Shown here: in pieces, positions 18,283 to 29,500 of the stretch
How the letters are laid out: every line of letters begins with the position of its first letter
Numbering within the stretch: the first letter of the stretch is position 1
Position numbers and translations under genes: made by a program
DNA from: an uncultured Dehalococcoidales bacterium
Lineage (GTDB): Bacteria; Chloroflexota; Dehalococcoidia; Lucifugimonadales; Lucifugimonadaceae
Direction: 5' to 3'
DNA length: 64,000 bases
Assembly (NCBI GenBank): GCA_964491775.1
Contig: CAZBHC010000011.1
Coordinates: forward strand, 5,056-69,055
The notes under the pieces: generated by a model
Told to the model about the DNA's origin: nothing
The model's database searches: none
What the model saw: the letters and a program-made list of their open reading frames with translations, nothing else

Positions 18283-19690
18283 TTTTAGAAATGACAAAGT
18301 GAAGAACGAAATTTTCTTCGTCATTAACTTTAGCCCATTCTGCAGGTCTTGATCCAGGAACCCAAGCAATTTGATTCTTATATGTTAATACTGGTATTTT
18401 TTTTCTTGATTCAATATCAGATATGTTATTTTTTAGAAATTTTTTCAGTTTGATTTTAGTATTCATTCCTAAAGGTTGAAATAAATCATCTTTTATATTT
18501 TTTCTAAAATAGAATTCCTTTTCTGAGAAATCTGATCGTAGATATACTTCTAAGTTTTTATCAATTTTATCTAAATTGTCAGGTCGCTCAATAATTTTTT
18601 TAGTAATGAGATGATTTTCATCTAATTTAGTGTGATTTGAGGTGATTTTTATTGGATCATTTATTATTAATGGATACTGATAGTTATCCTTTATTCTAGA
18701 AAAAATTTGAATTTTATTTCTTTTTGAAATTATACTAATATTATTAGGTAAAAATACTTCCCTTGATTTAGAACTTTTTACTAGTTTTATGATTTCTCGA
18801 ATATGTATATTATCTAGATTAATTTTTTGTTTAAATAAATTTTCGATATGTTTAATAATTATTCCAGATTGTAATGATTCTGGTAATAATAAGATCTGAT
18901 TTTTTTTAATTGAAAAATCTATATTAATCACTAAAGGGTAATATTTTTTTATTGCCCACTCTTTTAAATCCAATTCTTTTCTGGAATTTTGTGACAATAA
19001 TGAAAGTTTTTTTGTGAAATATGGGAAATCTTTCTCTATTTTTCGGATGGTATTATTTCTAATAAAATTTCTGAAATAGATATTTTTTGAGTTGGAAGAA
19101 TCTAGCATTGGTTGTATTCCTAAGGAGCTAGAAAAATCTTTACACTGTTCGTGAGTAATATTTAACATCAATCTATAAATTTTTATTTCTTTATCATTTT
19201 TAGTAAATAAATTATTTTCAGATTTCATACCTGAAATTCCTCTTATCCCAGTACCTCTAATAATACTCATTAGTACTGTTTCTGCTTGGTCGTTTTCTGT
19301 ATGGGCTGTCAGAACTCCTTTAGCATTATATTTATCAGCTGTTTCTTGTAAAAAATGGTATCTTAGATCTCTCATAGTGTTTTCAGACAATTTATTTGAT
19401 GCATTATATTGTTGGAGATTTAATTTTTTACTAATAAATTTAATTCCTATTCTATTTGATAAATCAGATGCGAATTTTTCATCTCTATCTGATTCTTTTT
19501 CTCTTAAACTATGGTTGAAATGTGCAGATATAATCTCAAGATTATATTTTGATTTAATATTTCCTAATGCTAAAATTAATGCTGTAGAATCTACTCCTCC
19601 TGAAAGTGCTAAGACTAATGTTGAACCATCTTTAATATCTGTATTCTTTAAATTTAACGAAATTTTTTCTATAAAATTATTATTATTCAC
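18266..19690 (-). CDS. tilS: tRNA(Ile)-lysidine synthetase
   Basis: PP-loop LALSGGVDSTAL, and AHTENDQAETVLM. Its 3' end overlaps the convergent upstream gene by 17 nt. Confidence 0.85.
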   Translation of the reverse strand: MNNNNFIEKISLNLKNTDIKDGSTLVLALSGGVDSTALILALGNIKSKYNLEIISAHFNHSLREKESDRDEKFASDLSNRIGIKFISKKLNLQQYNASNKLSENTMRDLRYHFLQETADKYNAKGVLTAHTENDQAETVLMSIIRGTGIRGISGMKSENNLFTKNDKEIKIYRLMLNITHEQCKDFSSSLGIQPMLDSSNSKNIYFRNFIRNNTIRKIEKDFPYFTKKLSLLSQNSRKELDLKEWAIKKYYPLVINIDFSIKKNQILLLPESLQSGIIIKHIENLFKQKINLDNIHIREIIKLVKSSKSREVFLPNNISIISKRNKIQIFSRIKDNYQYPLIINDPIKITSNHTKLDENHLITKKIIERPDNLDKIDKNLEVYLRSDFSEKEFYFRKNIKDDLFQPLGMNTKIKLKKFLKNNISDIESRKKIPVLTYKNQIAWVPGSRPAEWAKVNDEENFVLHFVISKINESV

Positions 19691-20975
19691 TTGTCGTGGA
19701 CATTTCTAGTATTTGAGTAATTTTACCAATTCTTACTTTTGTTATTTTATGGATTTGCATTTCGGTTATTTCCATTCGTAAGTTATTTACTCTTACTTTA
19801 CTTCCGACTGTTGGAACAACCTGGCTTTGATCTAAGAAAAAACCAGCGACTGTTTCATATTCTCCTTCAGGAATTTCTAAGTTCATTTCATCATTAGCTT
19901 CAACTATACTCATACCGCCGTCTGCTATATATGTGTTTTCATTAATAGTAATGTACATTTTATCTGGTTTTTTTCCTTCTTCTCCTGTTCTACCAACAAT
20001 TTGCTCAATTAATCTTGTATAAGTAACTAGACCTGAAATACCACCAAATTCATCTATAGCTAATGCAAGTCTTTGTCCTTGATCTTGCATCTCTTTGAAA
20101 AGATGATCTAGTCGTTTAGTCTCAGGAACAAAAAGAGCTTTTCTGACTAATCTAGTGACATTTGGGTCTTTATTACCATTTTTTTGTCTTAATCTATCTA
20201 ATACATCTTTAATTGATAATATTCCCACAACATCATCGAAATCATTATCATATACAGGAAAACGAGTTTGAGGGAATTTTTTATATATTTCTAAAAATTC
20301 TGATAATTTTGTGTTTGATCTTATCCATATAATTTCATTTCTTGGTGTCATTACATCTCTTACTTCTGATTCACCAAATCTAAAAATTTTTTCTAACATT
20401 TCTCCTTGAGATTCTTTAACGGTACCTTCTTCTTCCCCTAAATCAATCAGGGTTCTTAATTCTCCCGTTGTTACCATTGGTTGTGAATCACTATGTTTAT
20501 TCTTAAATAATTTTTCTATACCTCTAGGGAATAAAACTAAAGCCCATACAATTGGTCTAGTTATTAACATAATGAATAATATGATTTTTGCTGTTTTAAG
20601 TGACCATTTTTCAGCTATTGATACTACTAAGGCTTTAGGAGTTAATTCTCCTACAATAACAACTAAAATAGTTGAAATTGCAGTAGCAATTATTGTTGAA
20701 AATACATTAGGTTGACAATTTCCTACTGTTGTAATAGCTAGAGTGGTACCTACTGAAGCAACCATTATATTAAATAAGTTTCCTACCAGTAGTAATGTTC
20801 CAAAAAGCTTATCGTGTTTTTCAAGAATTGATAAAACTGCTCTAGCATTACGATCTCCGTTATCTGCTAAATGTCTTATCCTGTATATTCTTGATCCCAC
20901 AAATGCAACCTCAGTTGCACTTATAAAAGCGCTTCCTAGTAATCCTAGGAAAATGATTATTATAGAAATTATCAA
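19683..20975 (-). CDS. CNNM/HlyC/CorC-family transporter (DUF21-CBS pair-CorC_HlyC)
   Basis: N-terminal 4-TM DUF21, a CBS pair (VRDVMTPRNEI...; ILSIKDVL) and a C-terminal CorC domain (ETVAGFFLD). TTG start. Confidence 0.85.
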   Translation of the reverse strand: MIISIIIIFLGLLGSAFISATEVAFVGSRIYRIRHLADNGDRNARAVLSILEKHDKLFGTLLLVGNLFNIMVASVGTTLAITTVGNCQPNVFSTIIATAISTILVVIVGELTPKALVVSIAEKWSLKTAKIILFIMLITRPIVWALVLFPRGIEKLFKNKHSDSQPMVTTGELRTLIDLGEEEGTVKESQGEMLEKIFRFGESEVRDVMTPRNEIIWIRSNTKLSEFLEIYKKFPQTRFPVYDNDFDDVVGILSIKDVLDRLRQKNGNKDPNVTRLVRKALFVPETKRLDHLFKEMQDQGQRLALAIDEFGGISGLVTYTRLIEQIVGRTGEEGKKPDKMYITINENTYIADGGMSIVEANDEMNLEIPEGEYETVAGFFLDQSQVVPTVGSKVRVNNLRMEITEMQIHKITKVRIGKITQILEMSTTSE

Positions 20976-21031
20976 ATTAGGTTAAATTTTCTCCTAATTT
21001 TAATATTTGAAATATTCATAATTATTTTAAA

Positions 21032-22024
21032 TTACTCAGAAATTTTGAAAGATTTAATTATATCTTTTTCTATTGAATCTCTGATGGTATCATTTTCTAC
21101 TAAAAATTTTCTAACAGCCTCTCTACCTTGGCCAATCTTTTTCTCACCAAATGAATAAAAAGATCCATTTTTAGTTAATATACCTAATTCTACTCCTAGG
21201 TCGATTATTCCTCCTTCTTTACTTATTCCAGAGTTATATAAAATCTCTAACTCAGCTTTTTTGAATGGTGGAGCAACTTTGTTTTTTACCACTCTAGCTC
21301 TTACTCTATTTCCAATTATATCTTGTCCTATTTTTATTGCTTCAGATTTCCTTAAATCTATTCTTACAGAACTATAAAATTTTAAAGCCCTTCCTCCCGG
21401 AGTTACTTCTGGATTTCCAAATACCATACCGACTTTTTCTCTTAGTTGGTTGATAAATATACAAACTGTATCGGTTTTATTGATTACAGCTGTTAGTTTT
21501 CTTAGTGCTTGAGACATCAAACGGGCTTGTAATCCAATTTGCATATCTCCCATATTACCCTCTAATTCAGCTGTTGGTACTAAGGCAGCTACACTATCTA
21601 AAACAATAATATCTAAGGCACCACTATGAACTAAATGATCTGTAATTTCTAAAGCTTGTTCGGCTGAATCAGGTTGTGAAATTAATAGGTTATCTATGTC
21701 AACACCAATAATTTTTGCATATCCTGGGTCCATAGCATGCTCAACGTCTACATATGCTGCGTGACCTCCAGCTTTTTGGGCTTCTGCAATTACTGACATA
21801 GCTAAAGTTGATTTTCCAGCTGATTCAGCTCCAAATATTTCTATAATTCTTCCTCTAGGTAATCCCCCTAATCCTAAAGCCATATCTAATTGGATTGAAC
21901 CTGTAGGTATATATCCTATGTTTTGATTATTTTTGGATTCACTTAATCTCATTACAGCACCACTACCAAACGTTTTTTCAATTTGTTCAATAGCTAGATT
22001 AAGATTTTTATTTTTTTCAGTCAA
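21032..22024 (-). CDS. recA: recombinase RecA
   Basis: Walker [11 protein letters not shown], plus [13 protein letters not shown] and [32 protein letters not shown]. Confidence 0.97.
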   Translation of the reverse strand: MTEKNKNLNLAIEQIEKTFGSGAVMRLSESKNNQNIGYIPTGSIQLDMALGLGGLPRGRIIEIFGAESAGKSTLAMSVIAEAQKAGGHAAYVDVEHAMDPGYAKIIGVDIDNLLISQPDSAEQALEITDHLVHSGALDIIVLDSVAALVPTAELEGNMGDMQIGLQARLMSQALRKLTAVINKTDTVCIFINQLREKVGMVFGNPEVTPGGRALKFYSSVRIDLRKSEAIKIGQDIIGNRVRARVVKNKVAPPFKKAELEILYNSGISKEGGIIDLGVELGILTKNGSFYSFGEKKIGQGREAVRKFLVENDTIRDSIEKDIIKSFKISE

Positions 22025-22085
22025 AATTATGAATAAAGTTTATAGTTATAATTCTAAAATTATTTTTATTATTCTAATTATATTA

Positions 22086-23234
22086 TTATTCTGGTCTAAA
22101 TCCAAAAGTAATTTGTTTTACCTGTTCTTTACCGTCCCTGAAAATTCTTAAAATACTTTCATCTCCTGGGTTTTTATTCAGCGCTAAATATCTAACTAAT
22201 TCATTCATAGATCGAATTTTTGTTTCATCAATTCCGGTAATTATATCTCCATCGTATAATGGATTTAAATTATTTCCAGAATCTCCTAACAATCCATATT
22301 CTTCCGCAGGACCATTATTTTGAATATTAATTATTAATGCTCCTTGTACTGTGTTAGGTATATTGTTTCTTTCGCGTATAAATTTATTTACATCTACTGC
22401 ACTTATTCCTAAGTATGCATATTTATGTGAATTTTTTTCTATTAATGATTTAACTACCTTTTTTACTAAATTAATTGGTACTGCAAATCCTACTCCAGAA
22501 TTTTGTCTTGTTTCACTTTTTATTTGAGTATTTATACCAATTACTTCTCCTTTTATATTTAAAAGTGGGCCTCCAGAATTTCCTGGGTTAATAGCAGCAT
22601 CTGTTTGTATAACATCTGGTATTTGAAAATTAGTAAAACCGCTATCTATTGCTCTACCAGTGGCACTAATTATTCCTGTTGTCATAGTAAAAGCTTCACC
22701 GAAAGGATTACCTAAAGCAAGTGTTAATTGTCCTGGAAAAATGAAATTAGAATTTCCAATCGTTATAGGGGTAATATCTGATTTTGAATCTAAAAGTTTC
22801 AATACTGCTACATCAGAATCTATATCATAACCTACTAATTCTGCATCGTACTCATAAAGATCTGAAAACGTAAGTTTTATTTCATTTGAATTTCGTATTA
22901 CGTGATAATTAGTTATGACATGTCCTTTGTCATCCCAAATAAAACCTGTACCATAACCACCTATATTACCCATTACTGTAGTGTTTATTTGCACTACAGA
23001 AGGCAGAGATGTATCATAAATATTCATCATCTGATTTTCCCAATTTTGGATGGTTGCTAGGGAATTTACTTCAAAAGTTTCTTTTAATTCAGTTGTTTCT
23101 TTATTTAATTCACGGGTTTCTTTAAATCTAGGAGTGTCTTCTATCTGTTCATTTGTAGATTGATTTATTGAACAACCAATAAAAAATATAAATGTTATAC
23201 AAAAAAGTAATATATTTAATAAAATTTGTTTCAT
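22086..23234 (-). CDS. htrA: HtrA/DegP-family serine protease with one PDZ domain (lipoprotein-type signal)
   Basis: Catalytic motifs TNYHV, DVAVLK and GNSGGPL. C-terminal PDZ. N-terminal FFIGC lipobox. Confidence 0.85.
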   Translation of the reverse strand: MKQILLNILLFCITFIFFIGCSINQSTNEQIEDTPRFKETRELNKETTELKETFEVNSLATIQNWENQMMNIYDTSLPSVVQINTTVMGNIGGYGTGFIWDDKGHVITNYHVIRNSNEIKLTFSDLYEYDAELVGYDIDSDVAVLKLLDSKSDITPITIGNSNFIFPGQLTLALGNPFGEAFTMTTGIISATGRAIDSGFTNFQIPDVIQTDAAINPGNSGGPLLNIKGEVIGINTQIKSETRQNSGVGFAVPINLVKKVVKSLIEKNSHKYAYLGISAVDVNKFIRERNNIPNTVQGALIINIQNNGPAEEYGLLGDSGNNLNPLYDGDIITGIDETKIRSMNELVRYLALNKNPGDESILRIFRDGKEQVKQITFGFRPE

Positions 23235-23285
23235 AAAATAAAAGTAGTAACAAGCATATTTTAGTATATGTATTTTAAGAAAAGA

Positions 23286-25046
23286 TTAAGATTTTTCGTC
23301 CCATTTTGATGCTAAAGGCATTCTCCAATCTTTACCAAATGATGTACTAGTGATTTTTATACCTGGAGGTGATTGACGTCTTTTATATTCATTTTTATTT
23401 ATAGATTTAATTATCTGCTCAACAACTTCTCTCTTAGCACCATTTTGTAATATATTTTCCTTTTCTAAAATATTATCTATCGTCATATGACGTTCTACAT
23501 AATTTTCTATAATCCTATCTAGTTGATCATATGGTGGTAGAGAATCACTATCTAATTGGTTGGGTTTTAGTTCAGCAGATGGTGGTTTATTTAGAATATT
23601 ATCAGGGATAGGTGTACCTGGACCAATTTTATTTCTGTATATAGCTAATTCGTAGACTAGAGATTTAGGTATATCTTTAATAATTGCAAAAGCTCCTGCC
23701 ATATCTCCATATAAAGTAGCATAACCGGTAGCCATTTCTGATTTATTTCCAGTAACCATTACTAGATAGTTGAATTTATTTGCTAAGGCCATGACAATTG
23801 TACCGCGTATTCTAGATTGTAGATTTTCTTCTGCCACATTTTGCGCGGTCCCTTCAAATATTTTACTAAGTGATTTTTCAAAAGATTGATGAATATTTTC
23901 GATTTTCAATTCGATAAATTCGACACCAATCTTTTCACATAATAATTTACTATCTTTTTTACTTGATGATGAAGAATATCTTGAAGGCATATTTACTGCT
24001 ATTATATTATTATTACCTATAGCATCAGTTGTTAAAACTGTAACTAGCGCTGAGTCTATTCCTCCTGATAATCCGATAATAGATTTTGTAAATCCTGTTT
24101 TAGTAATATAATCATGTGTTCCTAAAACTAAAGCTTTATAAATACTTTCTATTTTATCTATTTTTATAATGTTAATTTCAGGGATAAGTATTTCATTAGT
24201 TTTATTGAAATTCTTAACTTTCGAAATAATTAATTTGGGAGATGTTTTATTGTTTTTGACTATATTATTATTTTTTCTTAAATTTCTTACTTCTTGAATA
24301 TCGATGTCAACTATCATTAAGTTTTCTTCAAAATACTTTGAATTACACAATAATTGCCCATCAGGTCCAGAAACCATGCTTCCTCCATCAAATACTAATT
24401 CATCTTGCCCGCCAATTTGATTTACGTATAAAGAAAAACATTTATTTATTTTTGATTTTGAAGATAGTAATTTTATTCTTTGATCACTTTTACCTATTTC
24501 ATATGGTGAAGCATTTATATTAATAATTAATTCCGCACCTGCAGATGCTTGACTATGAAATACATCAGGAGGACCATTTTCCCATAAATCTTCACATATA
24601 TTTGCTCCGATTTTTATTCCCTTATAGTCTAATAATTTAACTTCATCATTTATGTTTCCTGGAGAGAAATAACGTTTTTCGTCAAATACACCATAGTTCG
24701 GTAAAAAATTTTTGTAATAGCTGAAGTTGAATTTTCCTTCCGATAATGCAGCTACAGAATTATATATTGAATTCGTTTCGAAATCTTTGTCAACATATCC
24801 AACAAAACAAATTATTTCTTTACATAAATTTGATATGTATTTCACTCCATTTAGATTTTTTGAAATAAACTCTTCATTATGTAATAAATCTTCAGGTGGA
24901 TAACCGGTAATTGACAACTCAGGGAAAGCTATAATATCTACACCGTAATTTAGTGATTTTTCGATGTTTTTTTCAATTAATTCAACGTTTCCCTTTATAT
25001 CTCCGACTGTTGTATTAATTTGTGCTGCTGCTATTCTGATTTTCAC
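23286..25046 (-). CDS. nadE: glutamine-dependent NAD+ synthetase
   Basis: N-terminal CN-hydrolase domain (FPELSITGYPPED; CEDLW) and C-terminal PP-loop GLSGGIDSA. GTG start. Confidence 0.9.
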   Translation of the reverse strand: MKIRIAAAQINTTVGDIKGNVELIEKNIEKSLNYGVDIIAFPELSITGYPPEDLLHNEEFISKNLNGVKYISNLCKEIICFVGYVDKDFETNSIYNSVAALSEGKFNFSYYKNFLPNYGVFDEKRYFSPGNINDEVKLLDYKGIKIGANICEDLWENGPPDVFHSQASAGAELIININASPYEIGKSDQRIKLLSSKSKINKCFSLYVNQIGGQDELVFDGGSMVSGPDGQLLCNSKYFEENLMIVDIDIQEVRNLRKNNNIVKNNKTSPKLIISKVKNFNKTNEILIPEINIIKIDKIESIYKALVLGTHDYITKTGFTKSIIGLSGGIDSALVTVLTTDAIGNNNIIAVNMPSRYSSSSSKKDSKLLCEKIGVEFIELKIENIHQSFEKSLSKIFEGTAQNVAEENLQSRIRGTIVMALANKFNYLVMVTGNKSEMATGYATLYGDMAGAFAIIKDIPKSLVYELAIYRNKIGPGTPIPDNILNKPPSAELKPNQLDSDSLPPYDQLDRIIENYVERHMTIDNILEKENILQNGAKREVVEQIIKSINKNEYKRRQSPPGIKITSTSFGKDWRMPLASKWDEKS

Positions 25047-25057
25047 GGTGAATTTAT

Positions 25058-26518
25058 TTACATAGATCTAATATATTCTTGAACTGAAGGGAGGGAAGAT
25101 TTTCCTTCCAAGAAAACATCAATATTTCTTGCACATTTTCTTCCACTGGCTATAGCATGTACTACTAGAGATTGTCCTCTATGCATATCACCACATGTAA
25201 AAATTTTATCGATATTACTTTGCATTTTTTCATTAGCTTTAACATTTCCTCTATCATCATAGTTCAATTTAAGGTCATTTAGTAAGCCTTCATGTTGTGG
25301 ATTAGTAAATCCCATTGCAATAAGTACTAATTCTGCTTCAATTTTAAAATTACTATTTGGAATTTCTTTCATTATTTTTTTGTTTGATTCTTGAATCCAT
25401 TCAACTCTTACACATTCTAATTGTTTTACATTATTGCTAGAATCACTAATGAAACTTTTTGTTAGTATATTATAATCCCTTTCACCACCTTCTTCATGAG
25501 CACTTGAGGATTTGAAAATCATCGGCCAGTTAGGCCAAGGATTATCTTCATTTCTTTCGATAGGTGGCCTAGGTAAAATTTCGATTTGTATAATATTTTT
25601 AGCATTTTGTCTAATAGATGTACCAAGACAATCGGCTCCTGTATCTCCTCCTCCAATAATAACAACGTTTTTATCTTTTGCATTTATTCTTTTATCAAGA
25701 ATTTTATCACCACGTAATATGGAATTTTGTTGAGAAAGATAATCCATAGCAAAGTGGATACCTTTTTGATCTCTACCTTTTATATTCAAATCTCTTGGAA
25801 CTGTCGATCCTCCTGCTAAGCATATAGCATCGTATTCCTTAATAAGATCTGAGTGTTTAATATCCACTCCTACGTCAGTATTGACCTGAAATTTAATTCC
25901 TTCTTTTTTCATCTGATCTATACGTCTGTTTACTATCTTTTTTTCAAGTTTAAATTCTGGGATTCCAATAGATAATAATCCGCCAATTACTTCATTTCTT
26001 TCAAAAACTGTAACATAATGCCCAGCTCTATTAAGCTGTTGAGCAGCAGCTAATCCAGCAGGTCCAGATCCTACTACAGCTATATTTTTGTTAGTCCTAA
26101 ACTTTGGTTTTTCAGGTTTTATCCATCCATTATCCCAAGCTGTATCGGTAATAGTTTTTTCAATCATTTCTATAGTAACTGGATCACTATTTATTGAAAG
26201 GGTACATGCAGCTTCACATGGAGCAGGACAAATTCTACCTGTGAATTCAGGAAAATTATTAGTTGAATGTAGTCGAACTATTGCTTCTTCCCAATTACCT
26301 TCAGATACCAATTCATTAAATTCAGGTATTAAATTTCCCAAAGGGCATCCGTTATTACAAAAAGGGATGCCACAATCCATGCATCTACTTGATTGTTCAT
26401 GAGATTCTTTTGTACTCCAACTAGTATAAATTTCTTTCCAATCTCCAATTCTCTTAGTAGATTTTCTTCTAGGAATAGTTTTTCTATTGTATTTTTTAAA
26501 CCCTACTGGATCACCCAT
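25058..26518 (-). CDS. gltD: glutamate synthase small (NADPH) subunit
   Basis: RCMDCGIPFC, VVGSGPAGLAAA and IGGGDTGADC motifs. Confidence 0.92.
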   Translation of the reverse strand: MGDPVGFKKYNRKTIPRRKSTKRIGDWKEIYTSWSTKESHEQSSRCMDCGIPFCNNGCPLGNLIPEFNELVSEGNWEEAIVRLHSTNNFPEFTGRICPAPCEAACTLSINSDPVTIEMIEKTITDTAWDNGWIKPEKPKFRTNKNIAVVGSGPAGLAAAQQLNRAGHYVTVFERNEVIGGLLSIGIPEFKLEKKIVNRRIDQMKKEGIKFQVNTDVGVDIKHSDLIKEYDAICLAGGSTVPRDLNIKGRDQKGIHFAMDYLSQQNSILRGDKILDKRINAKDKNVVIIGGGDTGADCLGTSIRQNAKNIIQIEILPRPPIERNEDNPWPNWPMIFKSSSAHEEGGERDYNILTKSFISDSSNNVKQLECVRVEWIQESNKKIMKEIPNSNFKIEAELVLIAMGFTNPQHEGLLNDLKLNYDDRGNVKANEKMQSNIDKIFTCGDMHRGQSLVVHAIASGRKCARNIDVFLEGKSSLPSVQEYIRSM

Positions 26519-29500
26519 TAATTATTACCTTTTCATTATTTATAATTTGTTTTTTTGAAGTTCCATTTTTTGATTGTGAGTTGATAATTTTAGCATATTC
26601 TCTAGGTAGAATTTTTTTAAATTGCTTAATAGATTCTTCCCAAGAATTCAGAATTTTTTCTGCAACTTCACTTTGAGTATAAAAATGATGATTCTTTATA
26701 ATCTTTTTTAGTTCTGTAGTATCTGATTTTTCTTTTACATCTAATAAATCACATAATTCTCCATTGAAATTTCCTGAAAATTTATTATCAGGATCCCATA
26801 TATATGCTACTCCACCACTCATTCCAGCTGCAAAATTTCTACCAGTATCTCCTAAAATTACTACTCTTCCACCTGTCATATATTCACATCCATGATCACC
26901 TACACCTTCAATAACTGCTGTGGCTGAAGAATTTCTTACACAAAATCTTTCTCCGCCGGTACCCCTTATAAATGCCTCTCCTCCTGTTGCTCCATAAAGA
27001 GCAACATTTCCTATTATGACATTTTTTTCAGCAATATATGAACTTTCTTTATCAGGCATAATTATTAGACGTCCACCTGAAAGTCCCTTTCCAAAATAAT
27101 CGTTTGAATCTCCTAAAAGTTTGAAAGTAACTCCTTTAGATAGCCATGCTCCAAAACTCTGACCTGCTGAACCTTCAAATGTAATATTAATTGAATTTTC
27201 TTCTAATCCGGATTCACCATATTTTTTTGTAATATATCCACTTATAATACTACCTACAGTTCTATTGATATTTGTGATTTTTATTTTTTCAAAATAGGTT
27301 TTTTTATTATCTATAGATTTCTTACATTTTTCTAAAATATAATTATCCAATGCTTTATCTATTTGATGATCTTGGTTTTCACAACAATATGTATGATCGT
27401 TAGATAAAACATCAGGTTTATATAGTAAAGGAGATAAATCTAATTTATTTGCTTTCCAGTGATTTATATTTTTTCGTTGATATAATTTATCTACTCTTCC
27501 TATCATTTCATTTACAGTTTTGAAACCCATTTTTGCCATATGTATTCTGAGGTTTTCTGCCAAAAACATGAAATAATTTATAACAGCATCAGGGGTACCT
27601 TTAAATAGTTTTCTTAATTCTGGATCTTGAGTTGCTACACCTACAGAACAAGTATTTAAGTGGCATTTTCTCAGCATAATACATCCCATAGCGACTAATG
27701 CGCCAGTTGCTACTCCCCATTCTTCCGCACCAAGTAAAGCTGCTATTGCAACGTCTTTTGAGGTCTTGATTTGCCCATCAGTTTGTACCACTATACGATC
27801 TCTCAATCCATTAGCAACAAGGACTTGATGGGTTTCTGCAAGGCCAAGTTCCCATGGTAATCCTGCATGTCTTATCGAACTTAAAGGAGATGCTCCAGTT
27901 CCACCTGAATCACCTGAGATAAGTACAACGTCACCTTTTCCTTTTGCTACTCCTGCAGCAATAATCCCAACGCCTGCTACTGAAACAAGTTTTACATGTA
28001 TCCTTGCATTGTTATTTACATTTTTTAAATCATGAATTAGTTGAGCTAAATCTTCGATAGAATAGATATCATGATGTGGAGGAGGGGAAATTAACTCAAC
28101 ACCAGGTGTAGTTTTTCTAATATAGGCTATATAATCACTTATTTTTTTTCCTGGTATTTCGCCTCCTTCACCAGGTTTTGCTCCTTGAGCCATTTTGATT
28201 TGAATGTCTTTGGCATTTACAAGATAATTTGTAGTTACTCCGAATCTACCAGAAGCTACTTGTTTTACTGCGCTAGATTTTGAATCACCATTATCATCCT
28301 TAAAAAAACGATCTGGATCCTCACCACCTTCACCAGTATTTGATCTAGCATCTATTCTATTAGTAGCTATTGCTAGAGTTTCGTGAGCTTCTCTACTAAT
28401 TGATCCAAGTGAAATTGCACCAGTAGCAAATCTCTTAACAATTTCTTTAGTAGGTTCAACAGATTCTATTGGGATTTGATTATCATAGATGAGCTCTAAC
28501 ATATTTCTTATAGATATATGTTGATTTCCTTCATTATCTGACTCTTTTTCAAACCTATCAAATAATTCTTTGTCATTACGTTTAGTTGAATCTTGTAATA
28601 GGGATATCGTTTCTGGTTTCCACATATGTCTTTCGCCGTTTGATCTCCATAAATACAACCCTCCAATATCTAATTTCAAATTTGAAGGAATATTATCTTC
28701 AGCAAACGCATTTTTGTGCCAAAAATTTAGATCTTTATAAATTTCTTCTAATCCAATTCCGCCAATTCTCGAAACAGTCCAAGTGAAATATTTTTCTACT
28801 AAATTTTTTGATAAACCTAGAGCTTCAAAAATTTGTGCTCCTGTATAACTTTGTATAGTTGAAATACCCATTTTTGCCATAGTTTTTACAATTCCCTCTT
28901 CTATAGCTTCTCTAAAATTCAACTCTGATTTTTTATTGCCAGGAATTTCTTTCTTTTGTTTAGATGTTACTCTTAAGCCTTCAATAGCCTCGTAGGCTAA
29001 ATATGGGTTGATAGCAGAAGCTCCATAACCGAATAATGTTGCAAAATGATGAACTTCTCTTGGCTCTCCTGATTCAATTATAATATCGGCTTGAGATCTT
29101 ATACGTTTTTTTATTAGATAATGATGTACTGATCCCACAGCAAGGAGAGAGGGTATAAAGCTATGATTTTCATCTATTCCTCTATCAGAAAGGATAATGA
29201 TGGTAGAACCATTTTTAATTGCAGTTTCTGCCTGTTTTTGTATTCTTTCTATGGCTTTATTAAGTGAATTTACTCCATTATTTATTTTGAAATTGGTAGA
29301 AATAGTAACAGTATTTATACCTTCAATTTTGGAGCTGATAATAGTCTCTAGTTCGTCGTTCGTTAGTATAGGGTGATCAATCCTTAAAGTTTTACAATGT
29401 ATTGAGGTTTCTTCGAAAATATTTGCTCTTCTTCCTAATGGAACGGATCTTTGGGTAACTAATTTTTCTCTAATAGCATCAAGTGGAGGGTTAGATACTT